From positions 2,170,001-2,234,000 of the forward strand of contig MU058213.1 of NCBI GenBank assembly GCA_013265495.1: a DNA stretch of 64,000 nucleotides, given 5' to 3'. A model generated the notes under the pieces. That model was not told where the DNA came from. It searched no databases and saw only the letters and a program-made list of their open reading frames with translations. Below are positions 1 to 13,518 of this stretch, one piece after another. Source of the DNA: Vicugna vicugna. Taxonomy: Eukaryota. The position numbers were made by a program, and so were the translations under genes. How positions within the stretch are numbered: position 1 is the first letter of the stretch; each line of letters starts with the position of its first letter.

Positions 1-350
1 GATGGACACGTAGGTTGCTTCCATATCTTGGTAATTGTAAATAATGCTGCTGTGAACACTGAGGTGGGTGTATCTTTTCAAATTAGTGTTTCTGGTTTTG
101 GGGGGATATATACCCAGGAGTAGAATTTCTGAGTCATATGGTAGTTCTATTTTTAGTTTTTTGAGAAACCTCCATACTGTTTTCCACCGTGGCTGCTCCA
201 ATTTACTTTCCCACCGACAATGTATGAGGATTCCCTTTTCTCCACATCCTCACCAGCATTTGCTGTTATCTTTTTGATGACAGCCATTCATTGTGGCTTT
301 GATTTACATTTCCCTGATAATTAGTGATGTTGAGCATCTTTTCATGTGCC
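1..350 (-). mobile_element. LINE-1 fragment (ORF2 3' region)
   Basis: Typical antisense L1 text (ttttgagaaacctccatactgttttcca...tgatgttgagcatcttttcatgtgcc). Confidence 0.85.
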
Positions 351-351
351 G

Positions 352-675
352 GAGCAGATGTGATAATCCTATGTTCTTGCAGCTGTCCGCCTAGGTCTGG
401 CCATGATGTTCCTGTAGACCTCCAATAAGATAAATGTTATTTTCTGTTCTGCAGCTTTTTAATCTCTATATGAATGAAAAGTGTTTTGGCTTTAAAGGTC
501 AAGCCTGGGAGGCAGATTGCTGAGAAAGGGCTATTATGTATACTTTAGGCTCCAGGCAACATTCTTCTAGACAAAGGCGCAGGGCCAGAATGACTAGGCA
601 TAGGCAGCAGAGCACAGAGGTTACAGCTAAAGGAATAGATCCAGTATGGCATCATGTTTGTTCTTCTCTGTGCAT
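352..675. mobile_element. ERV LTR-like fragment
   Basis: Resembles mammalian ERV1-type LTR text by eye and interrupts the L1. Family not assigned. Confidence 0.45.
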
Positions 676-1148
676 GTTTTGAGAATTGGGGTTACATCTC
701 TAGAATAAGAACCACATCCAACTTGGACAGCTTTACAGATACATCATAATGATCTTTCACCCCAAAAGCTAACTCAAAATTTCAGATGGATTCAGCCTCA
801 AAGTTCCACATGACTGACAGAATTCTTTGTCTCCTCCTTTCTTTCACTGCCAAGATCAGCATGCCTGTGCTCACTGTGTTGTTGCTTTTTCACTTGATTT
901 TTCAGCCTTTGTGCTGCCTTTCAGAGACAGAGCTCATACTCCAAGGGAAATGAGAATGCCTCTAATGCAGATGCCTCTACTTACTGATGAGGAAATGGAG
1001 TTCTTACCTTGCCTGCTCTTTTGATGAGTTATGGTGAGACTCCAGCTCTTTGATTCCCATCACTGGCTCCTCCTGTTTCCCTGCCTCCTGTCTTTCTTAT
1101 TCTTGCTCTTGTTCGTGCTGGTGGCCTCTTTGGTTAGCCCTCACTATT

Positions 1149-1556
1149 TTTTTTTAATTATACTATAGTCAGTTTACAATGTTGTGTCAATTCCTGGTGT
1201 ACAGCGTAATGTTTCAGTCATACACGTACATAGATATATTTGTTTTCATATTCTTTTTCATTATACGTTACTACAAGATATTGAATATAGTTCCCTGTGC
1301 TTTACAGAAGAAACTTGTTGGTTATCTGTTTTATATTTAGTAGTTAGTATCTGCAAATCCTGAACTCCTAATTATCCCTTCCCACCATCTTTCTCCCCTG
1401 GCAACCATAAGCTTGTTTTATGTGTCTGTGTGTCTGTTTCTGTTTTGTAAATAAGTTCATTTGTCTCATTTTTTTTTTAGATTCCACATATAAGCAATAT
1501 CATATAGTATTTTTCTTTCTCTTCCTGGCTTACTTCACTTCGTATGACAATCTCCA
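1149..1556 (-). mobile_element. 5'-truncated lineage L1 3' end with 13-bp TSD
   Basis: Poly-T then tatagtcagtttacaatgttgtgtc... (cetartiodactyl-type L1 3'UTR). Perfect TSD AGCCCTCACTATT at 1136-1148 and 1557-1569. Confidence 0.9.
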
Positions 1557-2869
1557 AGCCCTCACTATTGATTTCGCACCCACACCTAGAAGCTTCCCCA
1601 GGTTTTGTGAGGCTGAGGGTGCTCTCTTTGGGTTTTGGGGCTCAAACAAAGGCTTTCTAACCCATTTTGATACATTAGTGTTTGCAGTGTTCCTTGAGAG
1701 ATTTTATGGCAATGTTTTGGGTATTAAAGTCTGACAACAGAAAACAGATCCAAGCTGCAATATTAAAGTAGAAACTCAATATGATACAGATGATCCATGT
1801 TGATCAGAGTGTATTTTACAGCCACATTTTTCATAAAGTGAATTTCCATTTACATTTTTTTCTGTGGACTTCATTACAAAATCTGAGCTGGGTATCACTG
1901 TGATAAAATTAAATCTAAAGAGCAAATCTTACGGATCACAATTTAGAAGAGGAAAAAAATTATGACATTTTAATAAATGTGGTGAAGTGGCTAGAAGACA
2001 GCATTTAGACCTCCCTGCATAAGCATTATTTTTCTCATTTAAAAAAATAGTTTCTATTTAAAGAGATCATTGAGATCACCGTCTTACCCTGGCTAACTGC
2101 AGGTACTCGGGTGATGTCCTGTCCCTGAGCAGTTGTGCCGTTTCACCAGTTCCACGCAGTTGCCAAAGGGCCATTTCCATCTGGGTAGAATCAGATCTAG
2201 GCTGGGATCCCTGCGCTGCAAGAGTCACCTCAGTCAGATAATAACCTCTCTAAGCCTTAGTTTCTTTATCTGTGTGATAAGGTAGCAGCTGCCTTAGCGG
2301 GTTGTAGTGAGAACTCTGTAGGATCCTACAGTAGACTTCCAAGCGGAGCCCACCCCATCCTCCTTCCTCTCAATGGGAGCTTGGGTTTTACAGGATCGCG
2401 GGAATGAAACCAGTGTTCCTTAGTCTTTGAAAAATTATTTTGTGTGTTGTTCAAAGTTTAATTAAACGTTTTAGGCCATTACTGTACCATTTAAGGAAAG
2501 CTTTCTAAATAAGAAGCCCAAGAACTATACACTGAAATGTACACATAAACGGTGACAAAAATACTGTTGAGATTATTATGAATATGAATCAGTACAATGT
2601 GAAGTAAGGATGTGGTCTGGAAATGACTTGGGTTATAAGTTTAAATAGGAACTAACCACTCATACAATTTAGATCCTGAGTAGATTATTTTTTAGAAACT
2701 TGGGGCATAATTTGTCCAGTTTTATCATTTTGATAGTCAGCCCTTTCATAGCCATTGAAACTAGTGCTAACATCCAGTCAAGATTGTCCATTGACTTACA
2801 TGTCACAGATACATCCATCTTTTGTGCAGCCAACTTCTCACCTCTACATCTTCCTTTTTTTTCTTCCTT

Positions 2870-3262
2870 GTAGATTTTTACCCCCAGCTTTTAAAAGATA
2901 CTATTAACATGTGACAAATGTCAGTGTAAGGTATACAATGTGATGGTTTGAGACATGTATGTATTGCAAACAGACTACCACAATAAGGTTGGCTAACACC
3001 TAAACCCTCTCACATAATGAATATTTGTGTGTGCATGTGTGTGGTGATAACATTTGAGATCTACTCTCTTAGCAACTTTCAAGTATGCAGTACAGCACCA
3101 CTAACTATACTCACCATGCTCTACATTGTATCTCAAAACTTACTTATTCATCTTGTATAATGGAAACTTTATACCTTTTGACCAGCATCTCACCATTTCC
3201 CCCCACCCCCATCCCCTGGAAGCCATCATTGTATTCTCTATTTTTATGAATTCAGCTTTTTT
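2870..3262 (-). mobile_element. Older L1 (L1MA-like) 3' end; resumes briefly at ~3841-3860
   Basis: ctactctcttagcaactttcaagta...ctatactcaccatgct, typical L1MA 3'UTR. Interrupted by a younger L1. Confidence 0.8.
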
Positions 3263-3263
3263 A

Positions 3264-3830
3264 ATTTTTTAAATTGTGATATAGTTGATTTACAATGTTG
3301 TGTTAATTTCTGGTGTATAGCATAGTGATTCAATTGTATGTATGTATATGTGTATATATATATATATTCCTTTTCACATTCTTTTCATTATAGGCTATTA
3401 CAAGATACTGAATATAGTTCCTTGTGCTATACAGTGGGACCTTGTTGGCTATCTATTTATATATAGTAGTATTGACAAATCCCAAACACCCAATTTATCC
3501 CTCCACCCACTCCTTTCCCGCCTGGTTAACTGAAAGTTTGTTCTCTCTCTGTGAGTCTGTTTCTGTAAATAAGTTCATTTGTGTCATTTTTTTAGATTCC
3601 ACATAGGAGTAGAATGATGCGGTATTTTTCTTTCTCTTTCTGGCTTACTTCACTTAGTATGACCATCTCCAGGTCCATCCAAGTTGCTGCAAATGGCATT
3701 ATTTTATTATTTTTTATGGCTGAGTAGTATTCCATTTTATGTATATGTGTGTGTGTGTGTATATGTATATATATGTATATACCACAACTTCTCTTTCCAG
3801 TCATCTCTTGATGGATGTTTAAGTTGCTCG
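3264..3830 (-). mobile_element. Younger L1 3' end nested in the older L1
   Basis: ORF 3592-3804(-) gives the L1 ORF2p C-terminus (EYYSAIKNNKIMPFAATWMDLEMVILSEVSQ). TSD TT(C/T)AGCTTTTTTA at 3251-3263 and 3831-3843. Confidence 0.9.
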
Positions 3831-6109
3831 TTTAGCTTTTTTAGATTACATATATGAGATTCCTTAGTGTGACATATTACGTAACAGGCAAAAACTATGA
3901 TGTATGTATTTTAAATTATCCTTTATGGTAGGAAAGTCACAAAATTATTTTCAAAAGTTCAAAAGTTTTTCTGTATGTGTGTATGTATTCCTTTACCTAA
4001 AATGTATAGATGAACAAAATTCACCTCTTGAGGGGCTGCCTACTTTCTCATGGCCTCCATGTCTTCTCTCCTCAACCCTCCCTTAGCCCCTGGGTTTGGC
4101 TGCAGCCAATGGTCAGTGAACAATCCCCTGTGCTCTCTGGGGCACCCCAGACCATGAAGCAAGGCCCACTGGGGGGAATACCTGTTCCTGCCAGGTCCTG
4201 GCTGTGAATTGTTGAGGCCCTGGTGCTGTTCTTCCTCCCCCAGAGGACTGGGCCCTGGCAGCCCCCCTCTCCTAATCTTTTGGCCTCCTAAGAAATTGAC
4301 CTGTTTGCAAAGAGTTGCTGCAGTTCTCTTTTTTCTGAAAAACAAGCCCATAACGTCTTCATGATGGAGGTGAATGAGTAAATGGACAATAGGCTGCTTT
4401 TATCACTGTGATTACCAAGAAGTGGCCCACAGCTGTTAAGAGTAGCTTTCCAAACTGCATTTAAATCCTGATTTTGTTACTGTGTGACATCTCTAAACCT
4501 TCATTTGCCTAATAGTAAAATAGAGGGAAAAAATGAGGTTATTGAGAGGATTAAATTCGTTAATGTATATAAGTGCCTAGCATAAAACACTGTTTTTTTT
4601 ATCTTTGGGTGATTTATTGCTATAAAAAAATAGGCATTCCTGAAAATGTTATAACTAGTGTCCTATTTACCACAAACATATGAGATAATGCTCCTTATAT
4701 AAATATGTACTGCAGCAGAATAAACGTATTTTGGATGATACATCAGCATGGGGAATCTAAAAACATCATCACAGTGTCAAGAATTTGGGAGAAAGTAAGA
4801 AGGCATATAAATTACCAACCTATTTGCTATTCTTTATTTCTCTTTCTTATTTTTAATACCTTTCCTTATTTCTTCGCTTTTGTGTACATTATCAAAATGT
4901 AGGAGCACATTTACATCCCTGATTATAGTTTGTCTGAACTCTCAGACCTAGCTAATATCTCACCATGCTCAGCAGTCTGCTGGATTCAGGAAGATCATGT
5001 TCCACACTAACAACTTTAATGAGGAGATCAGACAAATAAATGGATAGGTCTTTACATGAAAAATAGAACAGGAAGAGTAGATTGAAAACTACTAATTGAC
5101 TTCTTAGAGTACTGATGATATTTGAGCAAGTTAATATTTTGATATATTCACTTAATGTAAATCTGTGATTTCTTTCAAGTATATGATCTGATTTATTTTC
5201 AAATATGTGTGTCATTTGAGTGTGAGTTTATTGTACTCTGAACCCACCCCAATTTCTTGTAGAGTGCACATCTGATTAATTCTCTTGTCTATAAAGAGGA
5301 CCTTAGCAAACTTAGTGACAATTATTTGTCTCAGGAAGCAGACAAACTTATAAGATGCTGACTGTTCCATTTCAGTGTTGCCATGTTCATCAACCCCTGG
5401 TTGCAAAAGAAGAATACTGCATTATTAAAGAGAAGAGAGGAATAGATTGGAGCAAATGCCAAAGTTTTTAGTGTCTTTTTTCCTTCAGACATAAAATAGA
5501 ATCACAGAGGTGAGCTTCTGCTTTAATTAATTCTTCCCTTGGTGATAAACCAGCCTTCTTGTCTCTGCTGCCCTCATCAGAACCACCTGAAGGGAATAAC
5601 TAGCAAAAGCTCACCTGCCATCTCTTGCACACGACAAACTTCAGACTGCCTAGAGATCAACGGTAGCAGGCTACCTCCACCTGCAAAGAAATCATAGTAG
5701 AGAATACTCGTGTAGTTCTTTCCATTGCATGTTTTCTGTATTGGCTCATGAATTTTACTGTCCTAATCCTAAACTGACAGAAGATAGTTTCTGTTTCAAT
5801 GACCCTTCACACAGATTCTGCCTTTGCAGAGAATGCTTTTGAAACACCAGTTAGATGCGCCAGCAGGGGGCGAGCATTAGCCATGAGAAAGGCTCAGGTT
5901 GACTACTTTTTCTAGGGGCAAAAGCTCACACATTCTCCCTTATGTGCACTCACACATTTATATTTAATTATTCTGTGGACATTTTTTTAAAAAGGTTTCA
6001 AAATTTCCATTATTGTGTTATATGAAGACCCTCAACTGGTATCTTCATAGTTCACCAAACTTACACCCAAGACTTTTGTTGCAAAAATGCTTTAGTTTTG
6101 GGGTAAACA

Positions 6110-6330
6110 GCCTGGCATAACAGCATGCATGAAGCTTTGAATGAAATAGAGCTGACCTGAATTTGAACGTCTAAGAGTTTTGTGACCTGAAGCAAATTTT
6201 ATGGCTTCTCTGAGCTTCAGTTTCTTTGCTGGTGAAATGGGGATGATAAGAGTACCTCCCTGACTATGTTGTTGAGATACCTGTATGAGATGACACGTGT
6301 GAAGGATTTAGCTCCATCACTCACCTGGTA
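6110..6330 (+). mobile_element. MIR SINE
   Basis: tgtgacctgaagcaa...tctctgagcttcagtttctt...aaatggggatgataa (MIR core). Confidence 0.7.
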
Positions 6331-8099
6331 AAACCCTGGTGAGTATCTTCTCTCACTTGTAATGAATACAGACCCTGGGAGAGTAGACACACAAAATTGG
6401 TAATAATGCCCACTAAAGGAGCCCTATTAAGAGTGGATTGGGGAAGGCTTATTACAGGATGAGTTTGCAGAACCAAAGGACGAATGAGATGCTCAAGGCA
6501 GTCTGATGTATATTTCAGTTAGCCAAGGTGGATCCACAGAAATAGAGCCCATGACTGAAGTTCACGGTTCACAAACCTAAAATGACTAAGAAATTACCAG
6601 GGGAAATGGAAATAAAACAGGCTGGATGGTTTTATATCCAGAAACATAATTTACAGTCAAGCAGTTGTGTCAGGACAGAGGGCTTTTCTGCATTTATTGT
6701 AGCTCGCAATTTCTTTCTGGCAGGATTTGGGGAAGAATATATCTTTTGGAGTTTGGCAAATCACAGGCAGGCCCATCTGTTCTGGAAGGAAATAGTCTTT
6801 ACTCACTGCTCTTTTACAGTTTGGAGGTCTGACAGATGAAAGATGTGAGCTTGAGGGAGCAAAAATGGGTTACAATTGCAAGAAATAAAATCAGAAAGGA
6901 CCAACATATTTATGGAGTAGAATGAACACTGGAGAGTTCCCAGGAGAAAGACTGTCTACCCTTCCTCATCCTGAACTATGTCTTCAGGGGACCTCTCAGA
7001 CAGCTTGATAAAAAGGGGTTTGGAAGCAAATTAACAATTTTGCAAGGATGTTCATCCACTTGCTGAGAAGAGTTGATATGATTATCTGTGTCCCTCAATC
7101 CTGAAAACTCTATGGAAGGAGTATTTTGAGTCTTAAGAATTTTATTTATTACACTCTATTTTTACAGCTATTTGTACAGACCTCTCCCTATAGGTATCTA
7201 TGAAAAGTAGATAAAGATGTTCTTTCTTCAAATAATTACTGAGTATCCCATATTTCTTTGTACTCCGAGGACATGTAATACATCTCAATTGGGTAAAATA
7301 CAGTCTGAAGCGATGCTCAGGTGTTCTTCCAAGGTATTTAAATACACAACTTAATAAAACATGCCTGAGTACTTACATGAACCAGGACATCTATCATATG
7401 AAACCAAGACTTCACTTTCACTCTTAAAGATGTTACATGAAATGCCATACTCTTATAAAAGTCCACGTAGGGTTTTAGAAATAGCATCTTATTCCTAGTC
7501 AGCACCAGGTAAAAATCTGACAAACCACAAAAAATTTACAACTTTTGGGTGCCTCAGAGGCTCTGGCAGCAGCCAGTGTCACTCGGGGGAGATGGTAACA
7601 CAGCTTAAAGCCATGTTGTTAGCCACACGCACGTGTATTACAAGCTAAGATGATTTCTGGATTTCCACACCTTTCTCTGGTGACAGCACCTTGAAAAAGA
7701 CTCCCCCTGCCCCAGTGGTGGAGGTGCACTTGTCATCCACAGTCATAATATAGTTGTCACTTAGATTTTTCCATGTGAAGCTTGTTAAACATCACATCAG
7801 GCCTCTCCAAAGTCACGTCTCCTAGTGTTTAAAAATGGTTTCTAATCTTAAGGCTGAGATAGTTTTGGCTATGTTCTGCCCCTAGTTGCTTGTCTTTTAA
7901 GCAAGAACATGCGATTGTGCAGGAAAATGAAGCTAATGGTCTTATATGTTTCCTCTCTGATTATGCTCATAAATCCCAAATAATTTTTATTTACGAAGGT
8001 ATAGAAATATTTGGTACATTACACTCACACGGGCAATACAGCCCCAAATAAACTGGCTCTTTTATGATGTGATCACTAGGCATAAGACAACTTGAACTA

Positions 8100-9800
8100 T
8101 GTTGTATTATATAAAATTTTAAACATACAGTAAGTAGGCAGACTGTTACAGTGAACTCCCATGTGCCTGTCAGTTGGCTTCCATGACAGTTTGCCCATGA
8201 TCAATATTTCAGCAATACCCTACCCACTCCTCCTCAGCTTAATTTGAAGCAAATCTCAGACGTTATATCATTCCACTGTTAAATATTTCAGTATTCATCT
8301 TTAAAATATTTGAACTCTTCTGTACACAATCTTCTGTACCATTGCTTCATAAATTAGCAATGATTCTCTAATACCATTGGATGTTTGAATTTCCAATTAT
8401 CTCACAAAGATGTTCTTTCTCCATCTTCTCCTCCTCCTCTTCTTCCTTTAAATCAGAGTCCAAATAATATCTAAAAGTTGAATTTACTTGTTTTATCTTT
8501 GAAGTGCACTTTAAAGGTTCTCCTATTTTCTTCTTTCCTTCTCTTTTTTCTTATGAAATTTATTTGTTGAAGAAACTGTTGGAGGGTTACTTGTTTTCTA
8601 GTTTTCTCACATTCTGGACTTTGTTGATCAGATCCCTGTGGCATAGTTAACACAGTCTATAATTTATATTTTCTAAAAATCAGTAGCTGAATCTACTAAT
8701 CTACTGGCTTGATTAGACTCAGGTTCAATCTTCTTTGGTAGGACTCTTTCCTAGGTGGCTGTCTGCATGTTTTCATAAGGAGACACATAATATCTGATTG
8801 TCTCTCTTCTTGTGGTGTTAAATCAAGAACAGTAGATGCTCAGCGCTGCCAGTGTTTCTGTGCCAAAATGTCCCCACTTATTTTGGTTATGGGAAACTCT
8901 TTTTATAGTACAAATTATCAGGAAGAAATCACAAGAATAAGATTCCTTGAATTTTTGCATGTTTAAAGCTGTTTGTACTTTTTATCCTTAAAAGTCAGTT
9001 TGAGTATCAAATTTCTGTCTCAGATTTTCTTTCCTTAAGTCTTTTAATTTTGTTACTCCATTGCTTTCTGTCATAAAATGTCCGTAAGTCTGAAAACAGT
9101 CTGATTTTTTTCCCATATAGGTAACTTGATCTTTTTGTCTGACTGTCCAAATAATTTGCTAGAATATGTGCCTGTATTGATCTTTATGGATTGATTTTTC
9201 CCAGATACGCAGTATGCTCTCTTAAAACAACATACTCCATTTTTTTGTTTGGTATGAGTTTCAGGAAACTTTCCTTGAAGTTTTTACTATATTTTTTTTT
9301 CTTCATGTCCTCCTAGTATATGTATGTTCAGTTTTCTTTTCCTAGCTTTTATAGCTGTAATTTTATCTTGCATTCTTTTTATTATTTTACATATCTTTAT
9401 TTAAATAATTACTCCTTTTACTTAATTTCTCTTCATGTAGTGCAGTTGTATATAAAAACACTGTTCCTTCATTTTTGAAATAATTTTACTTTTATTTTTA
9501 AGAAATAATTTAAGAAACTATAGTTCCAATTCTTTTCTGAGATCTGTAACCTCATCTGTGATTTTTCTAATTCTAATTGATGTTATTCTTTTTTATCTTA
9601 TAGCACTTTCTTAAATCTATTTTAGCTGATTTGCATATTAGTTTACTTCTTTTTAGAATCTGTTTTGTGGGCTCATCTTTGCCATGATTTCACTTCTGGA
9701 GAGAGATTACTCTGCTTCATATACACATTTTTTTTTACCTGATCACAACTGTGTATGGGATTTAAATGTGTTCCTTTTTTGTTCTTTACTTTTCCATGTT
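8100..9800 (-). mobile_element. Degraded old L1 (L1MC/L1ME-like) fragments
   Basis: T-rich antisense L1-like text, heavily diverged. Confidence 0.5.
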
Positions 9801-9851
9801 TTCAAGAAACAATTTTTTTAAAAAATCATCTTGAGTTGAGTGTGCAGCTGC

Positions 9852-10495
9852 TGTTCTCAAATGACCCAGGTGTGCCTTTGTTTATTTGGGGGGGGGGGGT
9901 GTCCTTGTCTTCTCCAGTCTTCCGCATTCCTTGTGGCTTCTTTCAGTTTCCTTCCTTACAAAAGCTGATACCCAGGGGGGTCATATAGTCACTGATATTT
10001 TGGGATGAGAACATCTCATCAGCTGTTTTTGGTTATTGGTTGTCTTTGGGTTTTGGGTTTTGCTACCCTAGTTACTCTCATTATAAGTGGTGTTCCCTTG
10101 AACTAGACTTAAGGAACCACTCATCATGGTGGTTAAGGTGGAGGCAGGAGGGAAAGAGACATAAATGATACTTAATGTTCTCAAATGACCCAGGTGTGCC
10201 TTTGTTTATTTGGGGGGGGGTGTCCTTGTCTTCTCCAGTCTTCCGCGTTCCTTGTGGCTTCTTTCAGTTTCCTTTCTTACAAAAGCTGATACCCGGGGGG
10301 GTCATATAGTCACTGATATTTTGGGATGAGAACATCTCATCAGCTGTTTTTGGTTATTGGTTGTCTTTGGGTTTTGGGTTTTGCTACCCTAGTTACTCTC
10401 ATTATAAGTGGTGTTCCCTTGAACTAGACTTAAGGAACCACTCATCATGGTGGTTAAGGTGGAGGCAGGAGGGAAAGAGACATAAATGATACTTA
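9852..10495 (+). repeat. Direct tandem duplication, 2 x ~320 bp (9852-10174 and 10176-10495)
   Basis: By direct reading, the copies differ only by G-run length (12 vs 9) and 3 substitutions. Confidence 0.97.
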
Positions 10496-11979
10496 GTGCT
10501 TTGGCTTTAATGAAGTATTTGCTTTTCTTGAATATAAACTATATTTGCCACAAGCCAATTTGTTGCCGTTGTTTTGGGGGTTTCATGTAGATGGTAATAA
10601 TATGGAACAGTATCAATTGTGATGGATTGTTTCAAGAAAAATCTACCTGTAGATCCTATAAAGTCTTTGTTCTTAAATAGGTAGCTTTATTTTTTTTAAT
10701 AGTCTCTATACCAAAAAACATTTTGCACATTTAACTCGGAGAAAATGCTGAGAGCTGATAATTATACCTGGATTTTGATTAATATATGCACCCTGTGCAC
10801 AATGGGGAAAGTTTCAGATGGCAAAATGGGATTGTTCTAATGGCTTTGGAGACTTGTGTCTGGGTACTAAGTGGAAAATGTCCTTGCACTGTGGACCAGA
10901 GGGGAATGTGGCCCAACTCGATGCATACCAGAGAGTAATTAAGAGAGGACATAAGAGACTACATTAAGCCGTATTATAGAAGCTTATTATTCTAGGCAAC
11001 CTCTGTGGGTTCTGAATGTTTCTGTGAGAACTGGTTCCTAAATAAATTTTAAAATTCAGCTCACACTTGCCTTTAGTGAATTTGGTAGAAGTTCTTGACA
11101 TTGAAAGACTTCTGTCAATGAGAGTGTGATAACAGTAAGAACAATGAGAACACGGAAGATATCAAACACTTGTCAGGAGGAGGAAGAACCCAGGGATGGT
11201 TGTGGGGCAAGCAGATACACCCAGGACAACAAATGAAAAAGGAAAAATGGTCTCTGTAATCACTGAAACTCTGCAGGAGGAGCTTTTGAGGTCAAAGCCT
11301 ATCACCTAACAATAGCCTGTGGAAGCCATTGATACCAAGGAGAAGCAGCACCAGAAAGGAACTTGGCTAAGGAAAGAGCCTAAATCCCAGGGTTTCGTAA
11401 GGGCCCATATTTGGGTTCCTTCATGAGAAAAGAGGAATCAGTCCTCTTTTTGTATGGAGTTTGGGATTAGGGGAAGATCCACTTTTCTTCTCTCTTTGAG
11501 CTTTATAGCAAGAATCAAAAGCTGATGACCAATACACTGCAAAGAATCTGCAGCTTTGTTTTGTTTTGTTTCATTTCTGCATGGAAATTGCCTTAAAAAA
11601 TTCAAGTATTTACACAAAGTTCCAGATTTCTCTGGAGTTCCAGAAATTTCAGACCCACAGATTATAGCAGAAGCCCAGGGAAAGCAATTGCTAATTGATA
11701 AAGGGAAAAAAACCAAACAAACAAAATCAAAGAAGAGTTAGAGCAAGATAATTGATTATTGGAAATAAGCCTATAAAAGACAAAAGGAGGGAGGGAGAGC
11801 CCCTGAGAAATATGAGACACTTCAGGGCAACTTCTGATCACATTCATAAGGAGCTCAAGATGGAGATAGGTCCAGATCCAGCGTTCTATCCTCCACCTCA
11901 AGCAGGAACTTGATAAACCATTTTCTAAATGTTAATACGTAGTTTAACATAATACCCACTTCAAATAGCAGTATTTAAA

Positions 11980-13097
11980 AAAAATTGTGGTAAACAACAC
12001 ATACTATAAAACTGATCATGTTAACCATTTTTAAGCATACTTTTCAGTAGTGCATACTATAGTGTAAAGTCTCTTTAAAACATTTTAGCTTACAAAACTG
12101 AAACTCTAGACCCATTAAACAATAATTCTCCATTTCCTCCTCACCCAGCCCCTGGGAACCATCATTCTACTTTCTGTTTCTGTGACTTTGACTACTTTAG
12201 ATACTTCTTGTAAGTGGAATCATACAGTATTTGTCTTTTAGAGGTTGACATTTCATTTAGCATAATGTCCTCCAGGTTCGTCCATGTTGTAGACACGGCA
12301 GGATTTCCTTCCTTTTAAAGATGGAACGATATTCTGTTGTATGTATATACAGATGACCCTTGAACAACATGAATTACGTGAGTCCACTCATATGTGGATA
12401 TTTTTCAATAAATATGCACTACAATACTACGCAGTCTTTGGTTAATTTAATCTTAGGGTACAGAACCCTGGATACAGAGGGCTGACTGTAAAGTTATATG
12501 GGGATTTTTGACAGCTGAGTGTCCATGCCCTTAACCCCTGCATTGTTCAAGGGTCAACTGTACTACATCTTCTTTATCCATTTATCCTCCAATGGACTTT
12601 TGATTTGCTTCCCACCTCTTAGCTATTGAAGTAATGCTGCAATGAACATAAGCATGTAAATTTCTCTTTGATATCCTACTTTCAATTATTTTGGATATAT
12701 ATCCAGAAATGAGATGGCTGGAGTACATGATAATTTTACTTTTAATTTTTTGAGGAGCCTCCATGCTGTTTTTATAGCTGCTGCAACATTTTATTTTCCC
12801 ATCAATAGTGTCCAAGGATTATAATTTCTTCGCATCCTCATAAACACTGTGGGGTGTTTTGTTTGCTTTTTGATAGTGTCCATCCTAATGGATGTGAAGT
12901 AATGCCTCATACTTTTGTTTTGAACTTCTCTAATCATTAGTGATAATGAACCTATTTTCATATGCTTGTTAGCCATTTGTGTATCTTCTTTGGAGTAATG
13001 TCTATGCAGGTTGTTTGCCGATTTTTAAAATTGCGTTATTTGATTTTTGTTGCTGAGTTTAAGAGTTCTTTATGTTCTGAACATTAACCTTTTATTA
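11980..13097 (-). mobile_element. L1 (L1MB-like) 3' portion
   Basis: Antisense L1 3'UTR and ORF2 end. ORFs 12582-12815 and 12791-12976 give degenerate ORF2p-like text (MANKHMK...SLMIREVQ). Confidence 0.9.
12350..12560. mobile_element. Tigger2-type (TcMar) non-autonomous DNA transposon inserted in L1
   Basis: TIRs CAGATGACCCTTGAACAA ... TTGTTCAAGGGTCAACTG, flanked by TA on both sides. Confidence 0.9.
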
Positions 13098-13518
13098 GAG
13101 AAAGACATACAGGCTGATGGAACAGAAAAGAGCCCAGAAATAAACTCTTGCATGTATGATCTAATGATCATTGAGAAGAGTGCCAACAGCACGCAACGGA
13201 GAGCCACAAGCTCTTCATAGATGGTGTTGGGAAAACTAGATATCCACATGCAAAAGAGAGAAGCTGGACCTTACTCAAAACTGATTAAATACTTAAACAT
13301 GGGACCTAAAACTCTAAAGATCCTAGGATAAAATATAGAGGAAAAGCTTCAAGACATTGGATTTGCCAGTAGTTTCTTGGATAGGACAATACAAGCATAG
13401 TCAACAAAAGCAAAAAAGACCAGGGAGACTAAATCAAACTTAGAAAATGTCCCCATGTCAAAGGAAGCAGTCAACAGAGTGAAAAGGCAACGTACAAAAT
13501 GGGAGAAAGCATTTGCAG
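13098..13518 (+). mobile_element. Inverted 5' segment of the same L1 (ORF2 region)
   Basis: Sense L1 ORF2 text (gagcccagaaataaac...tgggaaaactagatatccacatgcaaaaga...gggagaaagcatttgca) abutting the antisense part. Confidence 0.85.

Noticed and set aside
6319..6344. Short hairpin actcacctgg-N6-cctggtgagt
   Set aside because: A 10-bp imperfect stem at a MIR end, likely chance.
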